This document shows, piece by piece, positions 1-9,717 of a stretch of 64,000 nt of DNA. Every line of letters starts with the position of its first letter. The first letter of the stretch is position 1. Made by a program: the position numbers and the translations under genes. Under the pieces are notes generated by a model, which worked only from the letters and a program-made list of their open reading frames with translations, was not told the DNA's origin and searched no databases. The DNA comes from Endomicrobiales bacterium (GTDB taxonomy: Bacteria > Elusimicrobiota > Endomicrobiia > Endomicrobiales > CAWCFT01): positions 1-64,000 of the forward strand of contig CAWCFT010000013.1 in NCBI GenBank assembly GCA_963794945.1, read 5' to 3'.

Positions 1-1
1 T

Positions 2-3000
2 GTGGTAAATATCAGCGGAGGGAATATTAAATGCAGTGAGAACGGGATAGTTATAGAAGACCAAAGTATAGTATGTATAGAGAAGTTGACGGAAGTCGTA
101 GAGAAGGGAATTGGAATAATGGCAAGCGGGCAATCTACGGTAAAGATAAGCGGGATAAATATAGAGGGAGAAGGGGAAGAGGCAGGAGGGATAAGCATAG
201 AAGGATTAAGCGAAATAAATATAAAAGGGGTAAATATAATTGGAGTAGTCAGCGGGATAATAGCGAAGGAAGAAGGTAAAGCGGATATAGAAGGGATAGG
301 AGTAGAGAGCAGCGGTCGGAGCGTATGGGTAAGCGGATTAAGCCGGGTGAGTATAGGTAACAGCAAGTTAACGAGTGTGAGCGGAAGCGTGGTAGCGTAC
401 GAGATGAACACGAGCGGGGAGATGGAAGGAGTAGAGATAGAAGGTGCAGGAGGGATAGAGGCGAGCGGGAGCAGTGTATTGAGGGTGAAAGGTGGTAAGA
501 TCAAGTGTAGAGAGTACGGGATAAGGATAGGAGAACAGAGCGAGGTAGAGGTAGAAGGTGTAAAGATAGAAGGGACAGGAGCGGAGAGAGGGATAGAGGT
601 AGTGGGAGGTAGCAGATTAAAGGGTAGAGGAATAGAGATAAGTGGAGTAAAAGACGGGATAAAGGGAACAGATGAGACGAATATAGAGGTAAGAGGGAGT
701 AAGGTAGAGAGCGAAGGGAACGGAATAACGATGGAAGGTGGGAGCGAATGGGAGCTGGAGGGAGTAGGAATAAAGGTAAAAGGGACGGGGCTGGTAGGAG
801 GGGGTCAGTCAATAGTAAAGATAAGCGGAGGGAGCATAGAAGGAGAAGGGGAAGAGGCAGGAGGGATAAGCATAGAAGGATTAAGCGAAATAAATATAAA
901 AGGGGTAAATATAATTGGAGTAGTCAGCGGGATAATGGTGAAGGAAGAAAGTAAGTGTGAGCTGGAGAAAGTAGAAGTTAGCAGTAAAAAAACAAGTTTA
1001 GGTGTTAGCGGATTAAGCCGAGTTAATATAAGAGACAGTGTCCTGGCCAGCGAAAGCGGAAGCACAGTTTTGTATGAAATGAACACGAGCGGTTCTCTGG
1101 AAGAGATAAATATAATTGGCATCGGTGGAATAGAAATAACAGGAAATAGCTCTCTGAAAGTTAAAGGTGGGAGCATAAACTTTAGTGAGTATGGCATCAA
1201 CATAGAAGACCAGGGTGAAGTCGTAATAGAATATTTAAAGATGCAAGGAGTTGAAGCCGAGAGAGGGGTCGAGGTGAATGGGGAGAGTTTTCTTAAAATT
1301 GAAGAAAGTATCATCACGCGTGTAAAGGAAGGGATAATAATCAACGAAGAAGCCAAGGCGGAGGTTTTAAAAGTAACGATTGAAAGCGAAGGCAGTTGTG
1401 TCAGGCTAGGAGACGTAAGCAACGTGGTTTTGAAAGAAAGCGTGTTTTCCGGTAAGATCGATTCGGTCATTTTTTGCGAAATTGGCGCGTGTGGGAAAAT
1501 AGAGAACTGTTGTTTAAATGGACAGGTTGGGCTCGATGCTTCCGGAAGAAGTTCGGTGAAAGTGTTAGACAGTAGCTTTAATACTACGGTAACTGGGATC
1601 CACCTAGGGGACCAGGCAGAAGCCGACATTCAAAATAATGATTTCAAGGGTAACGGGCAGTATGATTCAACAGGTATCAGGATAGATGGCCAGTCAATGG
1701 CGAATATGTCCGGCAACAGCATGTCAGGACTAAGGTCAGGTGTCGTGAGGCAGGAAGAAAATGAATACGAGACTAATCGTCCTGAAATCAGGGTTTATCG
1801 CAAGCAAAAAAGGCCTTTTGGCCGCGTGCTTCAACAATTCGTGCTGACTACAAGGAACACGTTTTTCATAGGCCGGTTGTACAGATATATTTACGCCCTC
1901 GCGGTATTTTCGGCGAAGATTGTATTCAAGAAGACAAAAGGATTAAAAGCCTTATACCTGAGGAGAGGTTTGGTGTATTCGGACTGGATCCCTGGATCAA
2001 GCGATATTGACCTATTTATTGTAATTGATGACCTGAGCCCGCCAGAAGAACTTTTAGTGATAAAAAAAACCTGGCAAAGATATTATTTATTAAAGACTAT
2101 TTTCCCTATGATGGGTGAAATGTTGAGTAGTACCGAAAAGGAGCTTGGTTACTACCTTGAACATGGCGACTTAAGGGCGGCGGAAGCTCCATTGACGTGG
2201 AAAATATTGTTCGGTAAACCTGTACATTGCAAATGTTCGTATCATTTCATACCGGGCAAGTTTAAAATTGATGTATTCGGCGACATGTTCAAATCCTATG
2301 AGGTAATGTGCAGAGCTTACTTTTCTGAGAATGAATACCCGAACAAAGACGAATTGCTTGTAAAATCATTCATAGATATACTTAAGTATGTTGGCATATT
2401 AGAAGGGAGGTTTGATATTGCTTATAAAAGCAGAATAGACATGTTAGATGAATGCATTATGGCATTCAATGGAAAAGAAGAAGAGCTGTTGATGCTGGCG
2501 GCAAAAGATGTTTGGGCCAACTCTGGGAAAGCCAGCATGGCGGTCCGTGACGGGATGTTTGTGCATGCTTTTAGTTTGATACAAAATATCTCAAAATCAG
2601 TTTCTGAAAGTCATGGGAATGACACAAAAATATTCGGTTTAGATTACAAGTACATAAGCAGTAAATCACATGTTGCCGCTGAGATCGACCAGAAGACACC
2701 GAAGGTTAAAAAATGGATAAATATGTGTTCAAATATTTCGCGTCTACTGGATGGTAACCTCAAAGGAGTGTTACTTGAAAATCCCGGGCTAATTTACGTA
2801 GTTTTAAATAGTAGCGCTGATATAAATAGCTCCAGCATTACACAGGTTGTTGCAGTCAATAAATATCTAAAGGATAACCATTCTACAAAAAAGACACCAT
2901 TAATTATTCTCGATGCCAACATGTTCGGTATTTTTATTAAAACGCTTCATCTTGATTCCCCATTCAACTACTTTGGGCTGTTAGAAGAAAAGGGGACATG

Positions 3001-3463
3001 TATGCTTGTAACGCCGAATTTTGAAAAGTGGCAGCATAATATGGCCCGGGCAGAATACGGCCACACGTTCACGGTAGATTATGATTTACAATTCAGGGAA
3101 ACAATTGCTATAATTAACCTGTCTTTCAGGATGCAGGATGGCCGATCGGTCTGGGCTTCAAGGCAAAGAGTGTCCAGATATTTCAATACTATACTTGGAC
3201 TGCGGCTAGCCGTTGAAAAGAAGATTATAGCCGAACCATTTTTAGAGAACGTGATGGATTGTTACCAACAAGAGTACCCGGAAAGCAAACCAGAGCTTGA
3301 TTTATTCAAAGAACGTGTGTTCATGAGCAAGACAGGGGTTATACCTGCAAACGAGTCACTAAAACTGTACGAATTCCTGAAAAGTTCGCTGGACAAATTA
3401 AACGCCGGCTTAGAAGAAGAGACCATAAATGGACGTAAAGTGCAAAAACTCTGCTGTAAATAA
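2..3463 (+). CDS. Large protein, 5'-truncated by the window edge: right-handed parallel beta-helix repeats fused to a C-terminal Pol-beta-superfamily nucleotidyltransferase-like domain
   Basis: About 580 aa of GI-x-h-x-G-x-S-x-h-x-I repeats (PbH1-like), then LYLRRGLVYSDWIPGSSDIDLFIVI with a DxD motif at 2003-2011. The ORF is open from base 2. Confidence 0.75.
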   Translation: MVNISGGNIKCSENGIVIEDQSIVCIEKLTEVVEKGIGIMASGQSTVKISGINIEGEGEEAGGISIEGLSEINIKGVNIIGVVSGIIAKEEGKADIEGIGVESSGRSVWVSGLSRVSIGNSKLTSVSGSVVAYEMNTSGEMEGVEIEGAGGIEASGSSVLRVKGGKIKCREYGIRIGEQSEVEVEGVKIEGTGAERGIEVVGGSRLKGRGIEISGVKDGIKGTDETNIEVRGSKVESEGNGITMEGGSEWELEGVGIKVKGTGLVGGGQSIVKISGGSIEGEGEEAGGISIEGLSEINIKGVNIIGVVSGIMVKEESKCELEKVEVSSKKTSLGVSGLSRVNIRDSVLASESGSTVLYEMNTSGSLEEINIIGIGGIEITGNSSLKVKGGSINFSEYGINIEDQGEVVIEYLKMQGVEAERGVEVNGESFLKIEESIITRVKEGIIINEEAKAEVLKVTIESEGSCVRLGDVSNVVLKESVFSGKIDSVIFCEIGACGKIENCCLNGQVGLDASGRSSVKVLDSSFNTTVTGIHLGDQAEADIQNNDFKGNGQYDSTGIRIDGQSMANMSGNSMSGLRSGVVRQEENEYETNRPEIRVYRKQKRPFGRVLQQFVLTTRNTFFIGRLYRYIYALAVFSAKIVFKKTKGLKALYLRRGLVYSDWIPGSSDIDLFIVIDDLSPPEELLVIKKTWQRYYLLKTIFPMMGEMLSSTEKELGYYLEHGDLRAAEAPLTWKILFGKPVHCKCSYHFIPGKFKIDVFGDMFKSYEVMCRAYFSENEYPNKDELLVKSFIDILKYVGILEGRFDIAYKSRIDMLDECIMAFNGKEEELLMLAAKDVWANSGKASMAVRDGMFVHAFSLIQNISKSVSESHGNDTKIFGLDYKYISSKSHVAAEIDQKTPKVKKWINMCSNISRLLDGNLKGVLLENPGLIYVVLNSSADINSSSITQVVAVNKYLKDNHSTKKTPLIILDANMFGIFIKTLHLDSPFNYFGLLEEKGTCMLVTPNFEKWQHNMARAEYGHTFTVDYDLQFRETIAIINLSFRMQDGRSVWASRQRVSRYFNTILGLRLAVEKKIIAEPFLENVMDCYQQEYPESKPELDLFKERVFMSKTGVIPANESLKLYEFLKSSLDKLNAGLEEETINGRKVQKLCCK
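167..936 (+). repeat. 95-bp exact direct repeat (167-261 and 842-936) marking a 675-bp/225-aa internal duplication
   Basis: ggagaaggggaagaggcagg...gtcagcgggataat is identical in both copies. Protein similarity continues past the exact part (VSGLSRV, YEMNTSG, EYGI, AERG). Confidence 0.95.
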
Positions 3464-4538
3464 CCTTGAGATAGCCAAAGGCAAAATAAAGCTTACCTCT
3501 ACACCTCAATATATAACGATAGGCGCGCATTACAAGTGCAATGCTAATTGCATATTTTGCCTTGGCGGCAATTATCCGGAATTTAACCTGGATATTTACA
3601 GGGAACGATTTGAGCCCAAAATTTTGCATGTAATGAAAAACGCCGAAAGCGTCGGTTTTTGCGGGTATGGAGAAATTCTGTTAATGCCGGGCATCATTGA
3701 ATTCCTGGACCACATCAATAGGATGCTCCCGGGTATTAATAAAGTATTTACAACTAACGGTTTGGCTCTCACACCGTCGGTTTGCCAGAAGCTGACAGAA
3801 GAAAGGTATTCCATCATTATATCCATGCATTCTTCACACGCTGAACTACACAATAAGCTTACCGGTATAAAAAATTTCAAACTGATATCCGATCAGATCA
3901 GGAATTTGGCAGTTATGAGGAAGAGCGACAGGACAAAGCCGCACATTAATCTCTCATTTTTATTAACCGCCACTAATATCGATAACCTTCCGAGTTTTGT
4001 AGCGTTTGCCAATGGCATTGGCGCGGATATGATCTCGTGCAGCTATCTGACCATATTTGAGCCAAGCCAGCTGAAAATGTCCACGTTTTTCATGAAAGAA
4101 AAAACAAATGAAATAATGCTGCGCGCGGAAGAAGAAGCTAAGAAGTGCGGCATTACCTTGTGCCTGCCTCCAAAATATATCAAACACGAAGTAAAAGCAT
4201 CAGAAGGCGTTACATGCAGGGACCCGTGGGAATTCTTTTATGTGGAAACTCAGGGTTCGGTGAACCCTTGCTGCTATGCCGGCAACCACATCGGATATTT
4301 AGAAAAACAATCTTTTGAAGATATTTGGAACGGACAGGGCTACACGGAGCTTAGGGATGGGTTGGTCACCGGCAATATTCATAATTGGTGTAAATCCTGC
4401 GTGAAGTATAACCCGAATAACGTTAATGACATACGCTCGCATATAACTTTTCGCCCTGAAACACAGAAGAAAATACTTAATTACATAAAAGAATTCAAAA
4501 ATGAATTTCCAACAATCGATCAAGAGATTGAACTATAA
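3429..4538 (+). CDS. Radical SAM protein with SPASM/twitch domain
   Basis: CNANCIFC; GYGE; FTTNG; C-terminal CRDPW...GSVNPCC...IWNG...CKSC. Confidence 0.9.
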   Translation: MDVKCKNSAVNNLEIAKGKIKLTSTPQYITIGAHYKCNANCIFCLGGNYPEFNLDIYRERFEPKILHVMKNAESVGFCGYGEILLMPGIIEFLDHINRMLPGINKVFTTNGLALTPSVCQKLTEERYSIIISMHSSHAELHNKLTGIKNFKLISDQIRNLAVMRKSDRTKPHINLSFLLTATNIDNLPSFVAFANGIGADMISCSYLTIFEPSQLKMSTFFMKEKTNEIMLRAEEEAKKCGITLCLPPKYIKHEVKASEGVTCRDPWEFFYVETQGSVNPCCYAGNHIGYLEKQSFEDIWNGQGYTELRDGLVTGNIHNWCKSCVKYNPNNVNDIRSHITFRPETQKKILNYIKEFKNEFPTIDQEIEL

Positions 4539-5493
4539 GCTTGCGGAATACCAAAAAAAGAAAAAGACATCTTTTGTTTTCAGCTACCCCTATTGGCTTA
4601 CCGTAGACCCCAGCAACATCTGCAATTTGGGCTGTGTTTGCTGCCCCACCGGCCAGAAAAGAGGTGCAAGGTCCCAATCTACAATGCCTCTAGAGAAGTT
4701 CAAGAGGATAATCGATAAGTTTGGCCCGTACCTTTTACACATAGATTTTTGCAACTGGGGGGAACCTCTCCTGAATCAAGAAATATCCAAGATGATAGCT
4801 TATGCTAAAAGGTATGGCCCGACTACAAAGATCGATACCAACCTAAATATTGATTTAAACGAGAAAACCGCATCTGAACTTGTGGGCTGCGGGGCCGATA
4901 AATTAACATTTTCTATTGACGGCGCAAGCCAGGAAACCTATGAAAAATACCGGGTAAACGGAAATTTCAACATGGCTATAGAGAATATGAAGCTTCTTGT
5001 GAACGCGAAAAGAAAGCTTAAAAGCTCTGCACCGGTACTCCATTGGCAGTTCCTTGTTTTTAGGCACAACGAACACGAGATAGAAAAAGCAAGGCTGATG
5101 TCAAAAGAGATCGGAGTCGATTCCATAGGATTTACGGCGCCATTCTGTTCGCCAGAAATGGCTTCTACGATCGATGAGTACAATATGTACAAAGAAAAGG
5201 AAGGAAACACAAGGACCTATAAATCATTAGAGACATTCTGCGAATGGCCGTGGGATGGGATAACCATAAACGCTGATGGTTCGGTTTCGCCCTGCTGTTC
5301 CGTGGAAGACCAGAAAGATGATTTTGATAATATTTTCAATAAGCCATTTTGGTTGATCTGGAACGGAAAAAAATACCGACAGGCAAGAAAATACATCAGA
5401 AATCGAAAAAGGATTTCCGGGGAAAATGTTTGCGTAAAATGCGATCATATTGGGGTGAGTAATCACATGGCGGTCAAACCGCCGGAATTATAG
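4501..5493 (+). CDS. Radical SAM protein with SPASM/twitch domain
   Basis: CNLGCVCC; NWGEPLL; SIDGAS; CEWPW...DGSVSPCC...IWNG...CVKC. Confidence 0.9.
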   Translation: MNFQQSIKRLNYKLAEYQKKKKTSFVFSYPYWLTVDPSNICNLGCVCCPTGQKRGARSQSTMPLEKFKRIIDKFGPYLLHIDFCNWGEPLLNQEISKMIAYAKRYGPTTKIDTNLNIDLNEKTASELVGCGADKLTFSIDGASQETYEKYRVNGNFNMAIENMKLLVNAKRKLKSSAPVLHWQFLVFRHNEHEIEKARLMSKEIGVDSIGFTAPFCSPEMASTIDEYNMYKEKEGNTRTYKSLETFCEWPWDGITINADGSVSPCCSVEDQKDDFDNIFNKPFWLIWNGKKYRQARKYIRNRKRISGENVCVKCDHIGVSNHMAVKPPEL

Positions 5494-5535
5494 AATAAAG
5501 ATTCAAAAGGAAAATATCTGATCAGTAACGATTTA

Positions 5536-6594
5536 GTGCGATTGAACAGTGAGCTAAATGAACGCGAATATAGAGAACGAAAGATAATTTTAGAGTCATA
5601 TCCGCGTTCGATATTCGTGCAGATGGACGCTCCGTGCAACCAGGACTGTCTTTTTTGTTCAAGGCCGGAAAGTTACACCTATTTTAATCTCGAAGAGTTC
5701 CGAGGGAAGTTTGAATCGAAACTTGGAGAGGCATTTAGCCGCGCGGAAAAACTGCTTTTAACCGGGTCGGGTGAGCTGCTTTGCCTTCCCGAGGCAAAAA
5801 AAAATCTTAAATATTTTAATCGGTATAAGTTCGCCGAAAAAATGTTCGCTACCAACGGTACTTCTCTTACGCCTAAAATGCTAGATTTTCTAATAGAGAG
5901 CGGAAACAAATACGATATCCATATCTCGATACACTCATCGAACCGAGGCGTCCATGGCATAATGACAAACTCTGCGAGCTATGATGTTCTGATGGATAAC
6001 CTCAAATACATCAAAAGTGTTAAAAAAAGTGCGGATAAGCTGGCCATAAGTTTCGTGTTCCTTATGACCACAAGGAACGTCGAAGACCTGCCGGCTTTCG
6101 TTGATTTTGCAAGAGAACACGGCGCCGACAACGTTATTGCCTATTACAATTATGTTTATAGAAAAGACCAGAAAGATATATCCTGCTATTTCGCCAAAGA
6201 AAAGGCGAATTTTGCCATTGACGCCGCTCGCACAAAAATAAACCGGGAAGGACACGGTTTCAGGGTCAATATGCCGCCTAAGTTTAACGAAGCCAAATAC
6301 GAAGAGACAACCATTTGCGGCGAGGCCTGGAGCCAGATCATGGTCAATACTCATGGGGATATCATTACATGTGATGTCGCGGGTGATTCAAAGGAAACCC
6401 TAATGGACAAGGATTTCATGAGTGTCTGGAACGGCAATTATTTTACTAATATCAGAAAAATGTTGTTGGCTGGAGACCGACCATGCTCCAAATATTGTTT
6501 CAGGGCCAACCCGGCTTGTGTGAACGAATTCCGGAGTCACATGATAACCCGTGGTAAAACGGAAGAAGAAATATTAAAGTTCATAGAACAATAG
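5536..6594 (+). CDS. Radical SAM protein with SPASM/twitch domain (paralog of 3429..4538)
   Basis: CNQDCLFC; TGSGE; FATNG; CGEAW...ITCD...VWNG...CSKYC; shares the C-terminal NPxxVNxxRSH motif with 3429..4538. Confidence 0.9.
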   Translation: MRLNSELNEREYRERKIILESYPRSIFVQMDAPCNQDCLFCSRPESYTYFNLEEFRGKFESKLGEAFSRAEKLLLTGSGELLCLPEAKKNLKYFNRYKFAEKMFATNGTSLTPKMLDFLIESGNKYDIHISIHSSNRGVHGIMTNSASYDVLMDNLKYIKSVKKSADKLAISFVFLMTTRNVEDLPAFVDFAREHGADNVIAYYNYVYRKDQKDISCYFAKEKANFAIDAARTKINREGHGFRVNMPPKFNEAKYEETTICGEAWSQIMVNTHGDIITCDVAGDSKETLMDKDFMSVWNGNYFTNIRKMLLAGDRPCSKYCFRANPACVNEFRSHMITRGKTEEEILKFIEQ

Positions 6595-6739
6595 AATGCA
6601 CAAAATCCATCAGGCTTAAAAAGACACCGGTTCAATGATAGTGAGATAGATATATTGCATTCTTTCGTGCGACGATGATAAACAAGAACTCCGTCAAGTA
6701 AGGCTTTGATGGCCTATTAAATAATAACGGAACACAATT

Positions 6740-8326
6740 GTGAAAGTAGCATTAGTACAGTGCCCAGTGTGGGGAACGAGAGAACCGCCACTCGCCCTTG
6801 TCCAGCTTTCTGCAAGCCTCAAGAGCAAGGGGCACTGCGCACGCTCTTTTGACCTTAACAACAGCCTTTACAAGTGCCGCACGGAGGAAATAAAGAATCT
6901 CTGGGCCTGGGAACAGTCGATGTTCTGGTACGATGAGAAAAGTGTTAAGGCATTTTTTGAAGAGCACCCGGGCCTCATCGAAGGTTATGCCGCTCAAGTG
7001 CTTAATTTTAACCCTGGGCTCATAGGATTTTCAGTTGCTGCATCAAGCTGGCAGTCCAGCATGGAATTCGCTAAACACCTCAAGAAGAAAGACCCCGCTC
7101 TGAAAATAGTTTTCGGCGGACAGTTGTACCTTGATAACAGGTTCATAGAAAGGTCTTTGAGCGGCGGAACGGTAGACTACGTCATAAACGGCGAAGCAGA
7201 TGAAACATTGCCGGATATGGCAAATCACATAGAGAACAATAAGGATATGAAAGGGTGCCCAGGCTTGTTCCTCAGAGACGGGACAAGCGTCAAAAGCACC
7301 GTGGAGCGTCCGCTTATCGCTAACCTGGATACTCTGCCTTATATGGACTACTCAGACTTGAAGTTGGATGATTATGACGACAAAGTGCATATATCTCTTA
7401 TGGCTTCGAGAGGATGCGTTTGGCATTGCGCTTTCTGCAGTTCGAGGACTTTCTGGAAAGGCTACAGGTTCATGAGCGGAGAACGCATTCACCAGGAGAT
7501 AACATACCACCGTCACATGCAGAAGACAGGCATGTCGCATGTGGATTTCATGGACTTGGCGTTTAACGGCAGCATGGAAAGGGTAAGAGAATTCGCGAAA
7601 CTGATGGTCAAATACCCTCCGTACCCGCAGGACTATAAAATGCAGTGGATCTCAAATGCTATAATACACCCAGGGCTCGATAGAGAAACGCTGGAGCTTA
7701 TGGCGAAGTCGGGCTGCCAGAGGCTGATCTTCGGGATTGAATCTGGGTCCAGGAACGTTCTCAAGCGCATGCGAAAGAATTACGATCCTGAAGTTGCAGT
7801 AAGAGTGATAAAGGAAGCGAATGAAGCCAGAATACGTGTTACCTGCAACTTCATGTTCGGTTTTCCAGGAGAGACAGAAGAGGATTTTAAGGATACATTG
7901 GAGTTCCTTAGAAAGATAGCACCTTACGTAGAACGGGTCTATCCCAGCAGGACTTACTGCGCTATAGAAGAATTCAGCCCGCTGCATGACAATCCAGCGG
8001 AGTTCGGTATAAGGACACCAGTGACACATCATCTTTACTGGGGGACGGTTGACGACTCGAACAATTACCCGGTCAAACTAAAGAGGTGCCAGAAATTCGA
8101 AAAACTTTGCGCCGAGTTGGGAGTCAGAGTAGACTGTGGTGTACGTACTGACGTTGAACCTGATGAGTGGTTCAATCTCGCGTACTACTATGAATATTTA
8201 AAAGACTACTCTAAAGCCCTGGAATATTTCGAGCGGTATCACGGTTACGACCCAAAGAACAGAGTTGTCATTGATAGGATGCATGCGTTAAAAAATATCG
8301 GCAATGAACCGGCTAAATTATTATGA
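6740..8326 (+). CDS. Cobalamin-binding radical SAM protein (class B methyltransferase-like) with C-terminal TPR
   Basis: N-terminal B12-binding Rossmann fold (PPLAL, VFGG, GEADETL); SRGCVWHCAFC; FGIESGS; FMFGFPGET; TPR-like tail WFNLAYYYEYLKDYSKALEYF. Confidence 0.9.
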   Translation: MKVALVQCPVWGTREPPLALVQLSASLKSKGHCARSFDLNNSLYKCRTEEIKNLWAWEQSMFWYDEKSVKAFFEEHPGLIEGYAAQVLNFNPGLIGFSVAASSWQSSMEFAKHLKKKDPALKIVFGGQLYLDNRFIERSLSGGTVDYVINGEADETLPDMANHIENNKDMKGCPGLFLRDGTSVKSTVERPLIANLDTLPYMDYSDLKLDDYDDKVHISLMASRGCVWHCAFCSSRTFWKGYRFMSGERIHQEITYHRHMQKTGMSHVDFMDLAFNGSMERVREFAKLMVKYPPYPQDYKMQWISNAIIHPGLDRETLELMAKSGCQRLIFGIESGSRNVLKRMRKNYDPEVAVRVIKEANEARIRVTCNFMFGFPGETEEDFKDTLEFLRKIAPYVERVYPSRTYCAIEEFSPLHDNPAEFGIRTPVTHHLYWGTVDDSNNYPVKLKRCQKFEKLCAELGVRVDCGVRTDVEPDEWFNLAYYYEYLKDYSKALEYFERYHGYDPKNRVVIDRMHALKNIGNEPAKLL

Positions 8327-9183
8327 AAGAAAAAAATTTCTATCTTCAGGGTTCTGACGCTGGAAAGGAATGTTTCACCGGATCTAAGGCCGTTAATTTT
8401 GAGTGGAATATTATCTACGACTGCAATTACAGATGCCCTCACTGCATTTTTGAAGGAAAGTGGGATGAATATAAAAAGAGAACCGTGTTCCTTTCGCCCG
8501 ATGAATGGATGAACCACTGGCGAAGGATACATTCCCTTTATGGAAGGGCATCATTTTTGATCACAGGCGGAGAGCCTTTCCTTTATCCAGGTTTTATCGA
8601 TGTAATCGAAAACCTCTCGGAAATACATTACCCGATCAATATATCCTCAAATTCATCGGGCGATATGCGTGAGTTCGCCGCGAGGATAGACCCGGCCAAG
8701 GTCTCCGTTGCATTCAGTTTCCAGCCGTTATCGAATAAACTTGAAGACGTTATTGAAAAGCAAGCATTTCTGGCTTCTAAAGGATTTATTATGGGAACGG
8801 TAAACCTTTGTGTTTATCCGCCTTATCTCAAGCAGCTAGAAAACTATGTGTCAGCGGCACATAAGTCAGGGGTTTTGCTAAAGATTATTCCTTTTTGCGG
8901 TGAGTATCAAGGCAGCAGATATCCTGAGTCATACAGCGCTGAAGAAAAGGCCATACTTGGAATCGATGAAAAATGGGAAAACAACGTCAAAAGGAAAGGC
9001 AAGTTGTGCACTGCCGGGCAAAGATCAGCGTTAATATTCCCAGATGGCAAAGTGGCGCGGTGCGGACGGGTTGGTGAAAGATTGCTGCTCGGAAATATAT
9101 TCTCGGAAAATTTCAGACTGTTCGATAGCCCTATGGAATGTGACGTCGACCTGTGCCCGTGCATAGAAGGAGACTTGGCATAA
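8323..9183 (+). CDS. Small radical SAM protein, paralog family subtype B
   Basis: WNIIYDCNYRCPHC; TGGEPFL; C-terminal CTAG...RCG...CDVDLCPC; ATGA overlap with the upstream gene. Confidence 0.88.
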   Translation: MKEKNFYLQGSDAGKECFTGSKAVNFEWNIIYDCNYRCPHCIFEGKWDEYKKRTVFLSPDEWMNHWRRIHSLYGRASFLITGGEPFLYPGFIDVIENLSEIHYPINISSNSSGDMREFAARIDPAKVSVAFSFQPLSNKLEDVIEKQAFLASKGFIMGTVNLCVYPPYLKQLENYVSAAHKSGVLLKIIPFCGEYQGSRYPESYSAEEKAILGIDEKWENNVKRKGKLCTAGQRSALIFPDGKVARCGRVGERLLLGNIFSENFRLFDSPMECDVDLCPCIEGDLA

Positions 9184-9678
9184 TCACGGAGCTCCTTACG
9201 AGCAAATACTGGGTAGTGCCTCAAAAATATACATACTGATTATCCAGATGTTTCATTACCCACCGGTATAAACAAAGGATTAAAACCTTATCTTGTTTAA
9301 AATGCTTATGATGGAAAAGTATGTGAGATCAAAAGATAGATAACATATTTTACTGAAAATAAGCATAATAATATGCAGCCAAAATTAGAAACATTATTTC
9401 TTATGGGCATCTTGTTGTTTAAACACAGCTCTATAGCGAGTCCTATGGTATCTGTATATTTTCTGCTATGCTTCTTCTAATTTCATGGCTATGCTGCTGG
9501 GATTTCGGCTTAAGATCCTAGCTTATATCCATAACCGATTGTTTGCAATGTGGCATTATATGAATTGCTTAGGCTCAAATTCGCTTAGCTGCTTATACTG
9601 TTTCATAGTCTACTCAGTATAGCAGGTCTTTCATACAAGTGTTGCACTTGCACATTGAACTCGTGGGCATGTTTTATA

Positions 9679-9708
9679 TTTACGCCTATGTCAAAATTAT
9701 GATATAAT
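9679..9708 (+). promoter_or_regulatory. Putative sigma70 promoter (extended -10) inside the rSAM cluster
   Basis: TGaTATAAT at 9700-9708, with tttacg at 9679-9684 (18-bp spacer). Confidence 0.55.
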
Positions 9709-9717
9709 TTAAAAATT

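Noticed and set aside
73..954. Twin Arg-rich 68-aa ORFs (73..279 and 748..954) as repeated precursor peptides
   Set aside because: They are alternate-frame shadows of the purine-rich 95-bp repeat within the large CDS.
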